Made by a program: the position numbers and the translations under genes
Notes under the pieces: model-generated
Database searches by the model: none
What the model was told of the DNA's origin: nothing
The model's input: only the letters and a program-made list of their open reading frames with translations
Virus record (IMG/VR): IMGVR_UViG_3300037808_001133
Coordinates: 4,601-68,600 of that record
Reading direction: 5' to 3' (one strand)
DNA length: 64,000 nucleotides
From: a virus
Shown: positions 38,259 through 47,231 of the stretch, in pieces
How positions within the stretch are numbered: the first letter of the stretch is position 1
How the letters are laid out: every line of letters begins with the position of its first letter

Positions 38259-38774
38259 ATGGCCAACAATCTAAGAAACCCCGTCGAGGTCAGTCCCGGC
38301 GTTCGTGACACGGACCAGGACGGCACCCCCGACGTCAACACGGTGTCAACCCCGTTCGGCGAGACCAAGGGAACCGACTGGGTCTCCGAGTGGTTCGCGA
38401 TCGACGGCGTCGAGCACGGTGCCGAAGAACTCTCCGTCATGTGCTTTGTCGATTGGCAGGGAGCTACGTTCATTGACCTGCTCCCGCAACTGCGCCACGA
38501 CCAGGACGCCAAGCCCGCCGACCCGCAGGGACTCGTTCGCGAGGCCGAGGCGCTGCCCGTCGCGGTGTTCGACGGCTCGCGCCTCGACACGAACTTTGAA
38601 GCCGTGCAGGACACCGTTCGGTTGCTCGCTGCGAACTTCCGAGTTGACCCCGGTTCGCAGGAGGTCGCGTTCGCTGTCGGCGGCGTAAGCCAGGTTCGCT
38701 TCCTGGCCCAGTCCGACGGCGCTCCGGTGCTGCGCATGCAGCTGCTCTCGGGTGGCGGTTGGCGTGGGGCTTAG
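38259..38774 (+). CDS. hypothetical virion protein
   Basis: GGGAGG SD; acidic and beta-rich. Confidence 0.65.
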   Translation: MANNLRNPVEVSPGVRDTDQDGTPDVNTVSTPFGETKGTDWVSEWFAIDGVEHGAEELSVMCFVDWQGATFIDLLPQLRHDQDAKPADPQGLVREAEALPVAVFDGSRLDTNFEAVQDTVRLLAANFRVDPGSQEVAFAVGGVSQVRFLAQSDGAPVLRMQLLSGGGWRGA

Positions 38775-39129
38775 CGCAGACCGCTCGCGCAACGCTGTCT
38801 CGACAGCCCTTGGCGAGCCGCTCACGCTCAAGCGCGGCAACCGACTCCCGGGTCTGACCGCGAACTTGTTTGCCCCTGACGGGAACCCAGCTTCCTTGCC
38901 AGGGACCGTCACGTTCAGAATGCGAGAGGTCTTCACCCGCGTGACCAAGATCGCAGCTGGCGCGGTCACGATACTTGACCCCGGGACAGCGTCGGTGCTC
39001 TACGCTTGGCAGGCGACCGACACGGACACGCCAGCCGTCTACGAGGCATGGTTTGATCACACCGACTTGAGCGGCCGCGTCGAGTCCTACCCGAGTCAGG
39101 GAGCCATGCGTGTCAGGGTTGAGCCATAG
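38752..39129 (+). CDS. BppU-like baseplate upper domain protein
   Basis: LKRGNRLP.L...V.Y.W...DTDT...YEAWF...G..ESYP; start uncertain. Confidence 0.7.
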   Translation: MAVGVGLSADRSRNAVSTALGEPLTLKRGNRLPGLTANLFAPDGNPASLPGTVTFRMREVFTRVTKIAAGAVTILDPGTASVLYAWQATDTDTPAVYEAWFDHTDLSGRVESYPSQGAMRVRVEP

Positions 39130-39334
39130 CGACCCAGCGTTCCGCGACCCCGTAAGAGGGGACAGGATCAGGAGGGGCCCGAACGAGTACCGCGTGACTG
39201 GGCGCGGCGTTGCCCGCTCAGTCCGGTTCGTCCGGTTGACCGATTCAGGGCACAGCCTGGTCGGGCAGAAGTCGATTCAGTGCTGGCGACGGCTAATCGA
39301 GACCGGCACAGTCGTTGAGCACGGCGGTCGCTAG
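39110..39334 (+). CDS. hypothetical protein
   Basis: Last plus-arm ORF; its stop overlaps the convergent HNH stop (CTAG). Confidence 0.45.
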   Translation: MSGLSHSDPAFRDPVRGDRIRRGPNEYRVTGRGVARSVRFVRLTDSGHSLVGQKSIQCWRRLIETGTVVEHGGR

Positions 39335-39840
39335 ACGACGTCCTTCCAGAGCGTCCCGTCTTCGATCTTCGCAATCGTCGTCCGGCTGACCTTGAACAAC
39401 GCAGCGAGACGCGTCTTCGTTGCGCCAGCCCGAAGGTAGCGCTTGATCGACGAAGCTTGTTCCCTCGTGAGCGCCTGCCCTTTCTTCCTGCCACCGCGAG
39501 CCCGCTGATTGCGAACGGCGTCGGCCCTGTTCTCCTTTCGCGTTCCCCAACGGAGATTCGACAGCTTGTTGTTCAGCGGGTCGTCGTCCCAGTGGAGTCC
39601 CTCTTGGCCCTCGGGACACTTCCCGCTGAAGGCAAGGAGGACGAGTCGGTGCAGCAGTCGCGGGTGCGTCTTGTCGTTGCGCCGCAGCGAGACCCGCTGG
39701 TGACCCGACCCGCACGGCTGCGGCTTGAGACACTTGTTTGTCCTGCCCGAGTGAACCCTTCCGAGGTTCGATACCAAGTAACCCGGGAATCCCGGGACCT
39801 GCCTCCATTGCTCGTGACCGAACGCGCTCATGCTCCTCAC
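39331..39840 (-). CDS. NUMOD4-HNH homing endonuclease with C-terminal HTH
   Basis: EQWRQVPGFPGYLVSNLGRV, HRLVLLAF and HWDDDPLNNKLSNLRWGT..EN. Confidence 0.9.
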   Translation of the reverse strand: MRSMSAFGHEQWRQVPGFPGYLVSNLGRVHSGRTNKCLKPQPCGSGHQRVSLRRNDKTHPRLLHRLVLLAFSGKCPEGQEGLHWDDDPLNNKLSNLRWGTRKENRADAVRNQRARGGRKKGQALTREQASSIKRYLRAGATKTRLAALFKVSRTTIAKIEDGTLWKDVV

Positions 39841-39852
39841 GGTACAGCACTA

Positions 39853-40125
39853 GGCTCCAGCCACAAACGCTCCTTCGGTGATCATGCCGACCGAGCGTCT
39901 GTCTATGTTGGCTGGAGCCAGTCCTACAAAGACAGATCGCCGAAGGCGACTGAGCCTGACGAAGTCAGGTCTGTCTTTTCATTCGTCTGTACAGCAAGCG
40001 ACCCCGACTACAAGAGCCGAGGCCGTTACTGCGCACTCGAGCGGAGCTCGAGGGCCGCGGTCATAACGAAGGCGAAAGGGCCGCAGGCCCGGTTCTGCGA
40101 AGCAGAATTTGCCTTCGTCATGACC
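39853..40125. other. structured non-coding element: two three-way junctions plus hairpins with C-GNA-G triloops
   Basis: Multiple perfect inverted repeats, detailed in findings. Confidence 0.7.
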
Positions 40126-40244
40126 TTCTACGTGTGGACTTGGACCAACCTCAGAGGGCGAAACGCACCTCCTCAAACAGTAGCCACCGACGTCCTGTAA
40201 GAGAGGGAAGAATACCAACCTCGTCTGACAGAACGGGGTGAACC

Positions 40245-40826
40245 CTACGAACCCCGTGCAAGCGCCATGAACTCAGCGCGGGCTTCCGGCTTCGTGCGAA
40301 AGACACCGAGCGCACAGGACGTCACCATTCGCGCACCGGCCTTGCCTACGCCCCTGCAAGACATACACGCATGGGTTGCCTCAATCACCACGCAGACGCC
40401 GCCAGCGCTAAGGGCGTCGTTCAAGGTCGTCGCGATCTGAGTGGTCATGCGCTCTTGAACTTGCAGCCGCCGTGCGAAGCAATCGACAAGTCGCGCAAGC
40501 TTGGAGAGCCCGACTATCTTGTCACCAGGGAGGTAGCCGACAGTCGCGAACCCGGTGAACGGAAGCATGTGGTGCTCGCAAAGCGACGAGAAGGGAATGT
40601 CCCGAAGGATCACGACCTCGTCGTGCTTCTCGTCGAACTGCGTGCTCAGGATTTTCTCCGGGTCCTCGTGGTAACCACGGGTCATTTCGATCATGGCCTT
40701 CACGACCCGCTTCGGAGTGTCGTTCAGACCTTCGCGGTCCGGGTCTGGGTCTAGCAGTTCCAGTAGGCAACTGACACCCTCTTGGGCCTTCGTCTTGAGC
40801 ATTGCTCGTCGTGTTTCTTCGTTCAT
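40245..40826 (-). CDS. folE: GTP cyclohydrolase I
   Basis: REGLNDTPKRV, SLCEHHMLPF, GLSKLAR, RLQVQE and H.CM..RG. Confidence 0.97.
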   Translation of the reverse strand: MNEETRRAMLKTKAQEGVSCLLELLDPDPDREGLNDTPKRVVKAMIEMTRGYHEDPEKILSTQFDEKHDEVVILRDIPFSSLCEHHMLPFTGFATVGYLPGDKIVGLSKLARLVDCFARRLQVQERMTTQIATTLNDALSAGGVCVVIEATHACMSCRGVGKAGARMVTSCALGVFRTKPEARAEFMALARGS

Positions 40827-40835
40827 GTTTGCAGC

Positions 40836-41525
40836 CTACCCGAGCGCCGGGATCACGACCGAGTCGGGGTCGAGCGAATACTCGGCGAGGTCTTTCACGT
40901 CAGCGATCCTGAACGCTTCGATTCGCTCGACGCACGTCCCGCACTTGCCGCAATGCTTCTCGCCGCCCTCGTAGCAAGTCCAGGTCGAAGCCCAGTCCAC
41001 GCCGAGCTTGTCGCCGAGCCGGGCAATGTCGGCCTTGCTCTTGTTGACGAACGGTCGAAGGATTTGCTTCGGGTCGAAGTGGCACAGCTTCGCCGCCTCG
41101 TTCATTGCGTCGGCGAACTCGGGTCGGCAGTCAGGATAGACGGCGTGGTCGCCAGCGTGCGCAGCGTAGGCGACAGCGTCATAGCCGAGCGCAACGCAGC
41201 GGCCCAACGCGACAGACAGAAGGATCATGTTTCGGTTCGGGACGACCGTTGCCTTCATGGACTCCTCGGCGTAGTGCCCGTGCGGGACCGGAACGCTGTC
41301 GTCGGTGAGCGCCGAGCCCCCGAGTATGTCGCGGAGCGCCGTGAGGTCCGCGACGACGTGCGTGACGCCGAGCTTGTCGCAAGTGGCCTTCGCAAAGCCG
41401 AGTTCCTTCTTGTGCCGCTGTCCGTAGTCAATGGAGATCGCGGAGACCAGGTGGCCCTCGTCGCGCAGCTGGTAGAGAAGGGCGGTGGAGTCCATGCCAC
41501 CTGATAGGACGCAAAGAATTTTCAC
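40836..41525 (-). CDS. queC: 7-cyano-7-deazaguanine synthase
   Basis: SGGMDS, YGQRH, VPNRN, YPDCR and TWTCY...CGKCGTC. Confidence 0.97.
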   Translation of the reverse strand: MKILCVLSGGMDSTALLYQLRDEGHLVSAISIDYGQRHKKELGFAKATCDKLGVTHVVADLTALRDILGGSALTDDSVPVPHGHYAEESMKATVVPNRNMILLSVALGRCVALGYDAVAYAAHAGDHAVYPDCRPEFADAMNEAAKLCHFDPKQILRPFVNKSKADIARLGDKLGVDWASTWTCYEGGEKHCGKCGTCVERIEAFRIADVKDLAEYSLDPDSVVIPALG

Positions 41526-42514
41526 GGTGTCGCCTCCTTGGCGATCGGTTGATTTGGAAGGAGCGGGAACGTGTAGCGTTCAAACGTCTCGGCGAGCCGG
41601 CGCTGGAATGCTGGCCTGTCCTTCTTCATGAGGATTCGAAGGCCCTCACAATAACTGCGAGCCTCCTGGTAGTCGAACAGTTCCCCGTTCTTCGCGTGCA
41701 GGACCGAGGCAATCTCCTTGATCCAAGACTCGGACCCCGCGAAGAAGTAAGCCTGCCCGCGCTCCGCGGCATGAACGTGAAGGTTCATGTACGCGTTGAC
41801 GCCCATGAGTGACGCGAGTCCGGTGCGGCCTGTATACGCCGCCGGGTCCTGAAGGATTTTAGTCGTGACGTTACAGCGGCTCGCGTGGCGCAGAACGTAG
41901 GGCGCGAGCTTCTTGGCCTTGCTCATTCGACCGCGAGCCTTGTCGTAGACCATGAAGTAACCGGAGAGCCGACCGTGACCGAACGAGTGGGAGTCAACGG
42001 TCGCGATCGGCAGCTGGAACATTTCGGGGAGGCGCGTGTAGCCGAGCGCGTGAACCTTCGCGTTGCCGCCCGTCACCTTCGCGATTTGCTGGTATCGGTG
42101 GTGAGCGTACTGCGGTCGCGCTCCGACGCACCCGCCAACGCAGACGCGCCCGTCGAGGTAGGTGAGGAGCTTCGGGACAATGTCGAAGCTCATGCCGGGA
42201 GAGAACACGGGCATTGGAGTCAGCCCGTCCTGATACAGCTGGTCAAGCTGCATGGCGGTCACGGCTGGCCTGGCTGGGTCGTCGAGCGAGACGTATGCCC
42301 AGACGCGTCCGTGAACTTGCTGCATGGCCTTTGAGTAGCTCTTGAAGCTAATCGGCGGCACCTTCCCCTTGAGCTCGCTCACGAAGTTCGTGTAGCCGCC
42401 CGAGTCAATCAGGAGGTTCGCGACGTTGGTGATCGAGAGCATGTCCTCCCAGTCGCGAGTCCCGGGCTTGCAATGGGCAATCGTGTAGAGAAGGTTGAGT
42501 CGGGGAATCCTCAT
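41522..42514 (-). CDS. TGT-fold DpdA-like transglycosylase, paralogue B
   Basis: IDSGGYT, LDD, PVF, VGG, VHALG and VDS motifs; ATGA-coupled start at 42514. Confidence 0.75.
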   Translation of the reverse strand: MRIPRLNLLYTIAHCKPGTRDWEDMLSITNVANLLIDSGGYTNFVSELKGKVPPISFKSYSKAMQQVHGRVWAYVSLDDPARPAVTAMQLDQLYQDGLTPMPVFSPGMSFDIVPKLLTYLDGRVCVGGCVGARPQYAHHRYQQIAKVTGGNAKVHALGYTRLPEMFQLPIATVDSHSFGHGRLSGYFMVYDKARGRMSKAKKLAPYVLRHASRCNVTTKILQDPAAYTGRTGLASLMGVNAYMNLHVHAAERGQAYFFAGSESWIKEIASVLHAKNGELFDYQEARSYCEGLRILMKKDRPAFQRRLAETFERYTFPLLPNQPIAKEATP

Positions 42515-43443
42515 GCCTTCAGAAGCTCCGCTAGCGCAGCCCGTTCGGCTGGCTTGCCTGTCCCGAGGTCCAAGAGGTCTTGCCTGATCTTGCATGCGAG
42601 CGGGTAGTCAAACGTCTCACCGGTCTTCGCCGCCCTCACGGCTGCGATCACGCGGAGGTAGTTCTCCTCAAGCGCGAAGAAGAACATGGGGCCCGCGCTG
42701 CGCGACTCGCAGAAGTTGTGAATGTTCAGGAACGCGTTCACGGTCATGGTCGAGACGACGCTCATTTGCCCCTTCGTGTTCTCGCGCATGGCGTCGGTCG
42801 TCACCTTGCACTTCGCGGCGTGCGCGAGCATTGGGGGAGACCATTTGCCGAGCTTCTCGCTCAGCATGGTCCCGCGCCGCTTGTCGAACTTGCAGGCGGT
42901 GCCGAACCTCCCGCCTGACTGGTAAGAGGTGGAGTCACAGCTTGCGATCGGGACGCGGAACATATCCGGCAGGCGCGTGTAGCCAAGCGCGTGAACCTTG
43001 ACCGAGCCCTTCGTGAGCTTCGCGATCTTCTGATACCGGTGGTGAGCGTACTGGGGCCGCGCACCAACGCAGCCCCCGACGCACAGCCACCCTTTCCCCT
43101 GCTCGGCAAGGCGCGGGACCTCGGCGAACGACATACCCGGAGAGAACACCGGCATGACGTCGAGGTTGATCTTCGCGAAGTAGTCGAGGTTCTCCTTCGT
43201 CACCTTCGCGTTGCCCGGGTCGTCGAGGGCAATGACCTTCCACGCCGCGCCACCGAGCGCACGGTGGCGCTCGACGTACTGGTCCCGGGTCAGGAGCGGC
43301 TCCCTGCCCCGGAGTTGCTGCGTGAAGTTCGTGTAGCCACCCGAGTCGATCAGCAGCCGGGCGTGCGGCGCTATCGTGAGGGCCGTCTCCCACGGCGGCG
43401 TCCCCGGTTTCAGGAACGCGAGACTGTAGAGGAAGTTGAGCAC
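42511..43443 (-). CDS. TGT-fold DpdA-like transglycosylase, paralogue A
   Basis: IDSGGYT, LDD, PVF, VGG, VHALG and CDSTSY motifs; adjacent to queC/folE. Confidence 0.78.
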   Translation of the reverse strand: MLNFLYSLAFLKPGTPPWETALTIAPHARLLIDSGGYTNFTQQLRGREPLLTRDQYVERHRALGGAAWKVIALDDPGNAKVTKENLDYFAKINLDVMPVFSPGMSFAEVPRLAEQGKGWLCVGGCVGARPQYAHHRYQKIAKLTKGSVKVHALGYTRLPDMFRVPIASCDSTSYQSGGRFGTACKFDKRRGTMLSEKLGKWSPPMLAHAAKCKVTTDAMRENTKGQMSVVSTMTVNAFLNIHNFCESRSAGPMFFFALEENYLRVIAAVRAAKTGETFDYPLACKIRQDLLDLGTGKPAERAALAELLKA

Positions 43444-43446
43444 GGC

Positions 43447-44136
43447 TTACCCGGCCTGCTGAATCTCGGCTTCCCACTCGGGGAACGTCGCGAGGTATTC
43501 GCGAATGAGTTTGCTCGCCTCAATTACGCAGTCCGGCTTGAGCTTGATTTTGATTGAACCGTTCTCGGTTCGCGTCTCGCCGTCCTCGTCCGACACGTCG
43601 GGGAGCGGCGCGAAGTCTGCGCCGTCGACCAGGACCTTCAACTCGTTGAGGAACTCGGGCTCAATGCCAGGCACCTCGTAGTCGGCCTCGGCGAGCGTGC
43701 TCAACTGACTGAACAGCGCGGGGAGGTCCCAGACAGCTTGTTCCGACGTCCGGTTGTCGGCAATGGCGAACCCGGTCGCGGTTGCCGGGTCGTCGTTGAC
43801 GAACAGGACTGCGGCGAAGCTGAAGCCACCCTCGCGGAGCGACCGCAGCGAACCGTTGCCCTTCTCGACAATCATGGTCCTGACGTTGACCACGAGGAGC
43901 ACCCGCTGCTTGTACTTCGCATAGGACCCCCGGATTCCCTCAAGGTTGTTCTCCGGGTGAAGGCGAACGTTTGAGGGGTCCTCAATCAGCACCGAGAGCG
44001 GTACGGCGTGAAGGCGAACCCTTCCCTGAATGTGCTCGAGTTCCTTGGCGTCATACCAGTCGTCCCCGAGGTCTTGTCTGACGTGGTAGCTGTCTGGGTC
44101 GAACTTAGTCACTTGGAGCTCCTCTGGTTTGGTCAC
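43447..44136 (-). CDS. ParB N-terminal-like protein of DNA-modification loci
   Basis: DPSNVRLH...GNG...IADNR..E...WD. Confidence 0.8.
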   Translation of the reverse strand: MTKPEELQVTKFDPDSYHVRQDLGDDWYDAKELEHIQGRVRLHAVPLSVLIEDPSNVRLHPENNLEGIRGSYAKYKQRVLLVVNVRTMIVEKGNGSLRSLREGGFSFAAVLFVNDDPATATGFAIADNRTSEQAVWDLPALFSQLSTLAEADYEVPGIEPEFLNELKVLVDGADFAPLPDVSDEDGETRTENGSIKIKLKPDCVIEASKLIREYLATFPEWEAEIQQAG

Positions 44137-44151
44137 GATACTCGGTCGGGC

Positions 44152-44736
44152 TCAAGGGCGCCGCCTCTTGAATACGGAGGTGATCTTCGGCGCAACGCCT
44201 GGCGGTAGCGGCTCAGGCTTCGGCTTCGGCTTCGGCTTCGGCTTCGGTGGCGCCGGTCTCGTTGCGCGGGCGCTGTCGAACGCCTTGCGAAGCTCCCTGA
44301 CTGACTTGGTCGCTGCGCGGGCTGCTGGACCAAGACCGCTCATGAACGTGTCGCCCTTGACCTCGACGTAGCCCTTCCGAAGCTTTGACTTGACCAGCTT
44401 GGCAATCTCCAGCTGCGCACGGATCGTTGACCCCTCGTCCTTCTCTATGAGCCTTCCCTCGGTCCCGATTGGTCCGTAGCGAACGACGCGAACCGAACCG
44501 TTTCGCAGGACCTCCCAGAACTTGTTTGACCCGCCCCGGGTGCATTCGAATCGCCTCACGTTGCTACGCTCCTTCAGCGGTGGACCAGCCCTCGGGTCTC
44601 CGAAGGGCGAACCCGACGGAGCGCCGGGCGTAGTATTCCGACCGCAGCTGACGCAGAACGTGTCGTCCCTTTGCTGGCTCGTTGCCATGCAGATCCAATA
44701 GCGCCGGGACTGTTGCTTGTGCGGGCAAGCGCTCAC
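44152..44736 (-). CDS. WGR-domain protein with PK-repeat tail
   Basis: SNKFWEV...VRYGPIGTEG...KLVKSKLRKGYVE. Confidence 0.8.
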   Translation of the reverse strand: MSACPHKQQSRRYWICMATSQQRDDTFCVSCGRNTTPGAPSGSPFGDPRAGPPLKERSNVRRFECTRGGSNKFWEVLRNGSVRVVRYGPIGTEGRLIEKDEGSTIRAQLEIAKLVKSKLRKGYVEVKGDTFMSGLGPAARAATKSVRELRKAFDSARATRPAPPKPKPKPKPKPEPLPPGVAPKITSVFKRRRP

Positions 44737-46886
44737 GACTTCTTCTGCTCAAGGAGCACGAGGTCGGCGCATGCCAAGTGGGCGCGTCTTGTGTTCTTGT
44801 CTTTCTCGGAGACCCACTCGTCGCCAGCCGTGACGGGCTTCAGGCAAACCTCACAGCAGCGATATCCCTTCTTCGTCTTCCGCTGCTTCCTGACCACGTT
44901 CATATCCGCCTTCAGCGTCCACCGAAGCTTTCGTTCCTCCTCGGCCTTCTCGTTCATTGCTTCCGTGACCAGCGGCTCGGGTGGCTCCTCGCTCGGGCGG
45001 TAGCGAACGCACGCGCAGTAGTCCGCGCCGCAGACCGCGTCGGTTTCGTTGTGCTGCTCACGCTTGTGTCCGCAGGCGCACGTCGCAATCACAAGCGGGA
45101 CCATGGGCCCGCCGAGAACCGTCCCGTGTGGAAGGTGCTCGCCACAGATTAGGCAACCGTCCTTCTCGTTCCACTCGCCGTGACCACAAACGAACCCCGG
45201 GCACTCCTCGCAGCGAGCGCACTTCTTCGTCCTGAAGTCGTGCTCCATGCCGACGTGACCGCACTTGCAAACGCGTTCGGCTGGGAGTCCACCGACGCCC
45301 TCCGAGCACGGGTGGCAGTTGCAGTCGAGCGGGCACCGGCACGCCTCGTCCTCGTCCCCGGTGTGCTCGCAGACACCCGCGATCGCGCCGAGCGCTGCGT
45401 CGAGGTTCGCCTTGCCCTGGTCAAGCTGTGACGTGTCAACGGGCGGAAACCAACCGCGACGACTCGTCGGGTGAAGACTCGGCCCGCACCACTCGCCCGC
45501 ACGCATGACCGCCTCTATGACCTCGCGGCATGGCGAACACGTGATCCCTGGAAGCTGGTCGCGCAGCTGCTGGTCTCCGTCAAGCGTGTACTTGTAGACG
45601 CGCCGCGACGTAGAGGGACACGGCGAACACGCGAACGACTCGGTGCACGGGGGAACCCAAGCACCCGAGCAATGAACAACCTTCTCGGCCTTTTCGATTG
45701 CGTCGTCTACCGCCTTGGCTCTTGCCTCCGGTCCTGCTTTCCTGAGCGCCTCCGCGTGCTCGTCGCGCTCGCGTTGCTCCGCTGTCGGTTTGTTCGCGTC
45801 GGCGAGCATGGCGTCACCAATGGGGCACAAGAGGTGGTGACCCGAGTTCGGCGCGTCGCTCGACTCGGGGTCCATGCCCTCGCAGACACCACAGGTGAAC
45901 TCCTCGCCACGCGAGCGAATCGGTTTGACGTCTACCTCGCGCTTGTCCACCGTCGCACCGCACGAGCAGTCCATGGATTTCTCAGCGCCCGACTGAAGCC
46001 ATACCGTCTCGCAGAGCAAACACTCGTGCCGAAGGACCAGCCCGCCCGTATGAAGCTTGCAGAACACGACTGGGCCGTCGCCTTGGTAGACCAACGCCTC
46101 CGAGCACGTCCTAATCCCGCACTCGCCCTCATACCCGGGGTTCGCGGTACAACCTGGGGATCGACAAACGGCACCCTTCTCTTCCTCCGTTTTGACGTTG
46201 CCGCACCCGTTGCAGCGGTCAGCGTCCGGTTCCTCGGTCTTCGGGGCTGGCGAAATGACCTTTTGTGTCCCGACCGGCAGTCCTTCGAAGTTCGCAGCTG
46301 GAAGCTCGCCTCCGATTGCTTCGCCGACCGACTTGTGACCGCACTCCGCAATGTTATCGGCGGGGCACCCTAGGACCGTGCAGGGCGTCCTGACGCGCTG
46401 CTCAAACGAAAGCTTGACGTCGTCGGCGCTTTTCAACTCGCGGCTTGGTAGTCGCCAGAGCTTGTCTCCAATCAGGTAGTCGTCGCCGACCTTCACCGGT
46501 CGCAGCTGTTGCCACCAATCGCACGGCATGAGACCACCCGGTGCTTTGATCGGTTCGGCCTGTTCGAACGCGGCAAGCTTCGGGCCCTCCGGTGTTCTCC
46601 AGAGGTAGACGGCTGCTCGTTGGTCTTCAAGCCAGTAGTACTCGGGCTCCTGTCCTGCGCGAGCCTTGAGCGCTTCAACGAACGCGACAACCGAGGTGCC
46701 GCTCTTTGTGTAACCCGCGACGATCGCTCCGAGTTCGATACCTCTCTGGGCAAGGTAGCTGACTGCTGCCTCCCAGAACTGGACACCGTCCTGGTAGTGC
46801 TCGAGGAGCGCTTCTAGCTCCTCGCGTGGATTGGTCATGCCGAGGATTTGCTTAAGCCTCTCCCTGACGTTTGGTGTGGCGGTCAC
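44733..46886 (-). CDS. large cysteine-rich multi-zinc-finger protein
   Basis: 717 aa with many CxxC and CxCGH..H motifs; coupled to the next gene. Confidence 0.7.
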   Translation of the reverse strand: MTATPNVRERLKQILGMTNPREELEALLEHYQDGVQFWEAAVSYLAQRGIELGAIVAGYTKSGTSVVAFVEALKARAGQEPEYYWLEDQRAAVYLWRTPEGPKLAAFEQAEPIKAPGGLMPCDWWQQLRPVKVGDDYLIGDKLWRLPSRELKSADDVKLSFEQRVRTPCTVLGCPADNIAECGHKSVGEAIGGELPAANFEGLPVGTQKVISPAPKTEEPDADRCNGCGNVKTEEEKGAVCRSPGCTANPGYEGECGIRTCSEALVYQGDGPVVFCKLHTGGLVLRHECLLCETVWLQSGAEKSMDCSCGATVDKREVDVKPIRSRGEEFTCGVCEGMDPESSDAPNSGHHLLCPIGDAMLADANKPTAEQRERDEHAEALRKAGPEARAKAVDDAIEKAEKVVHCSGAWVPPCTESFACSPCPSTSRRVYKYTLDGDQQLRDQLPGITCSPCREVIEAVMRAGEWCGPSLHPTSRRGWFPPVDTSQLDQGKANLDAALGAIAGVCEHTGDEDEACRCPLDCNCHPCSEGVGGLPAERVCKCGHVGMEHDFRTKKCARCEECPGFVCGHGEWNEKDGCLICGEHLPHGTVLGGPMVPLVIATCACGHKREQHNETDAVCGADYCACVRYRPSEEPPEPLVTEAMNEKAEEERKLRWTLKADMNVVRKQRKTKKGYRCCEVCLKPVTAGDEWVSEKDKNTRRAHLACADLVLLEQKKS

Positions 46887-46909
46887 TTGTTCTCCTTCGT
46901 GTTTGGTGG

Positions 46910-47176
46910 TTAGGACATTGGGCGCCCTTGTCGCGGCGCCGCCTCTCGCTTTGGAATTGGTCCGTGTTTCTTCTTAATGCTCTTGAGCTTGACGGTGCAT
47001 GCCTCTTGGACGAACGAACGAATGCTTGCCTGCGGTTCGGGTCCGCGCTGCAAGTAGACGACCGCGTCTTTGATTCGCTCAATGAACTCCTCGTCTAGAT
47101 CGACCGGGAGCTTCTTCTTCTTCTTTGCCGCTTCGGCCTTCTTCTTCTTCGGTGTCTTCTTTGTCCGCGTTGCCAT
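46910..47176 (-). CDS. small DNA-binding protein (ParB_C / ribbon-helix-helix-like)
   Basis: AAGGAGG SD; RIKDAV..L..GP...SI..FV.EA...GRP. Confidence 0.6.
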   Translation of the reverse strand: MATRTKKTPKKKKAEAAKKKKKLPVDLDEEFIERIKDAVVYLQRGPEPQASIRSFVQEACTVKLKSIKKKHGPIPKREAAPRQGRPMS

Positions 47177-47231
47177 GTTTCCCTCCTTGGGTTCGCCGCC
47201 CAGCCTAAGCCGGGCGGCGGTGTTGTTCAGA

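Noticed and set aside
39928-39978. Hammerhead ribozyme (three-way junction with CTGA and GAA)
   Set aside because: The CUGANGA and GAAA core elements are not in the required positions; the GAA triplets are hairpin loops.
39331-40245. Group I intron or IscB/HEARO-type RNA-guided element around the HNH gene
   Set aside because: No interrupted host gene and no recognisable P7 core; the protein is NUMOD4-HNH without RuvC motifs.
43447-44136. ParB as evidence of a partition system
   Set aside because: It has only the N-terminal-type domain, no parA is nearby, and its context is the DNA-modification operon.
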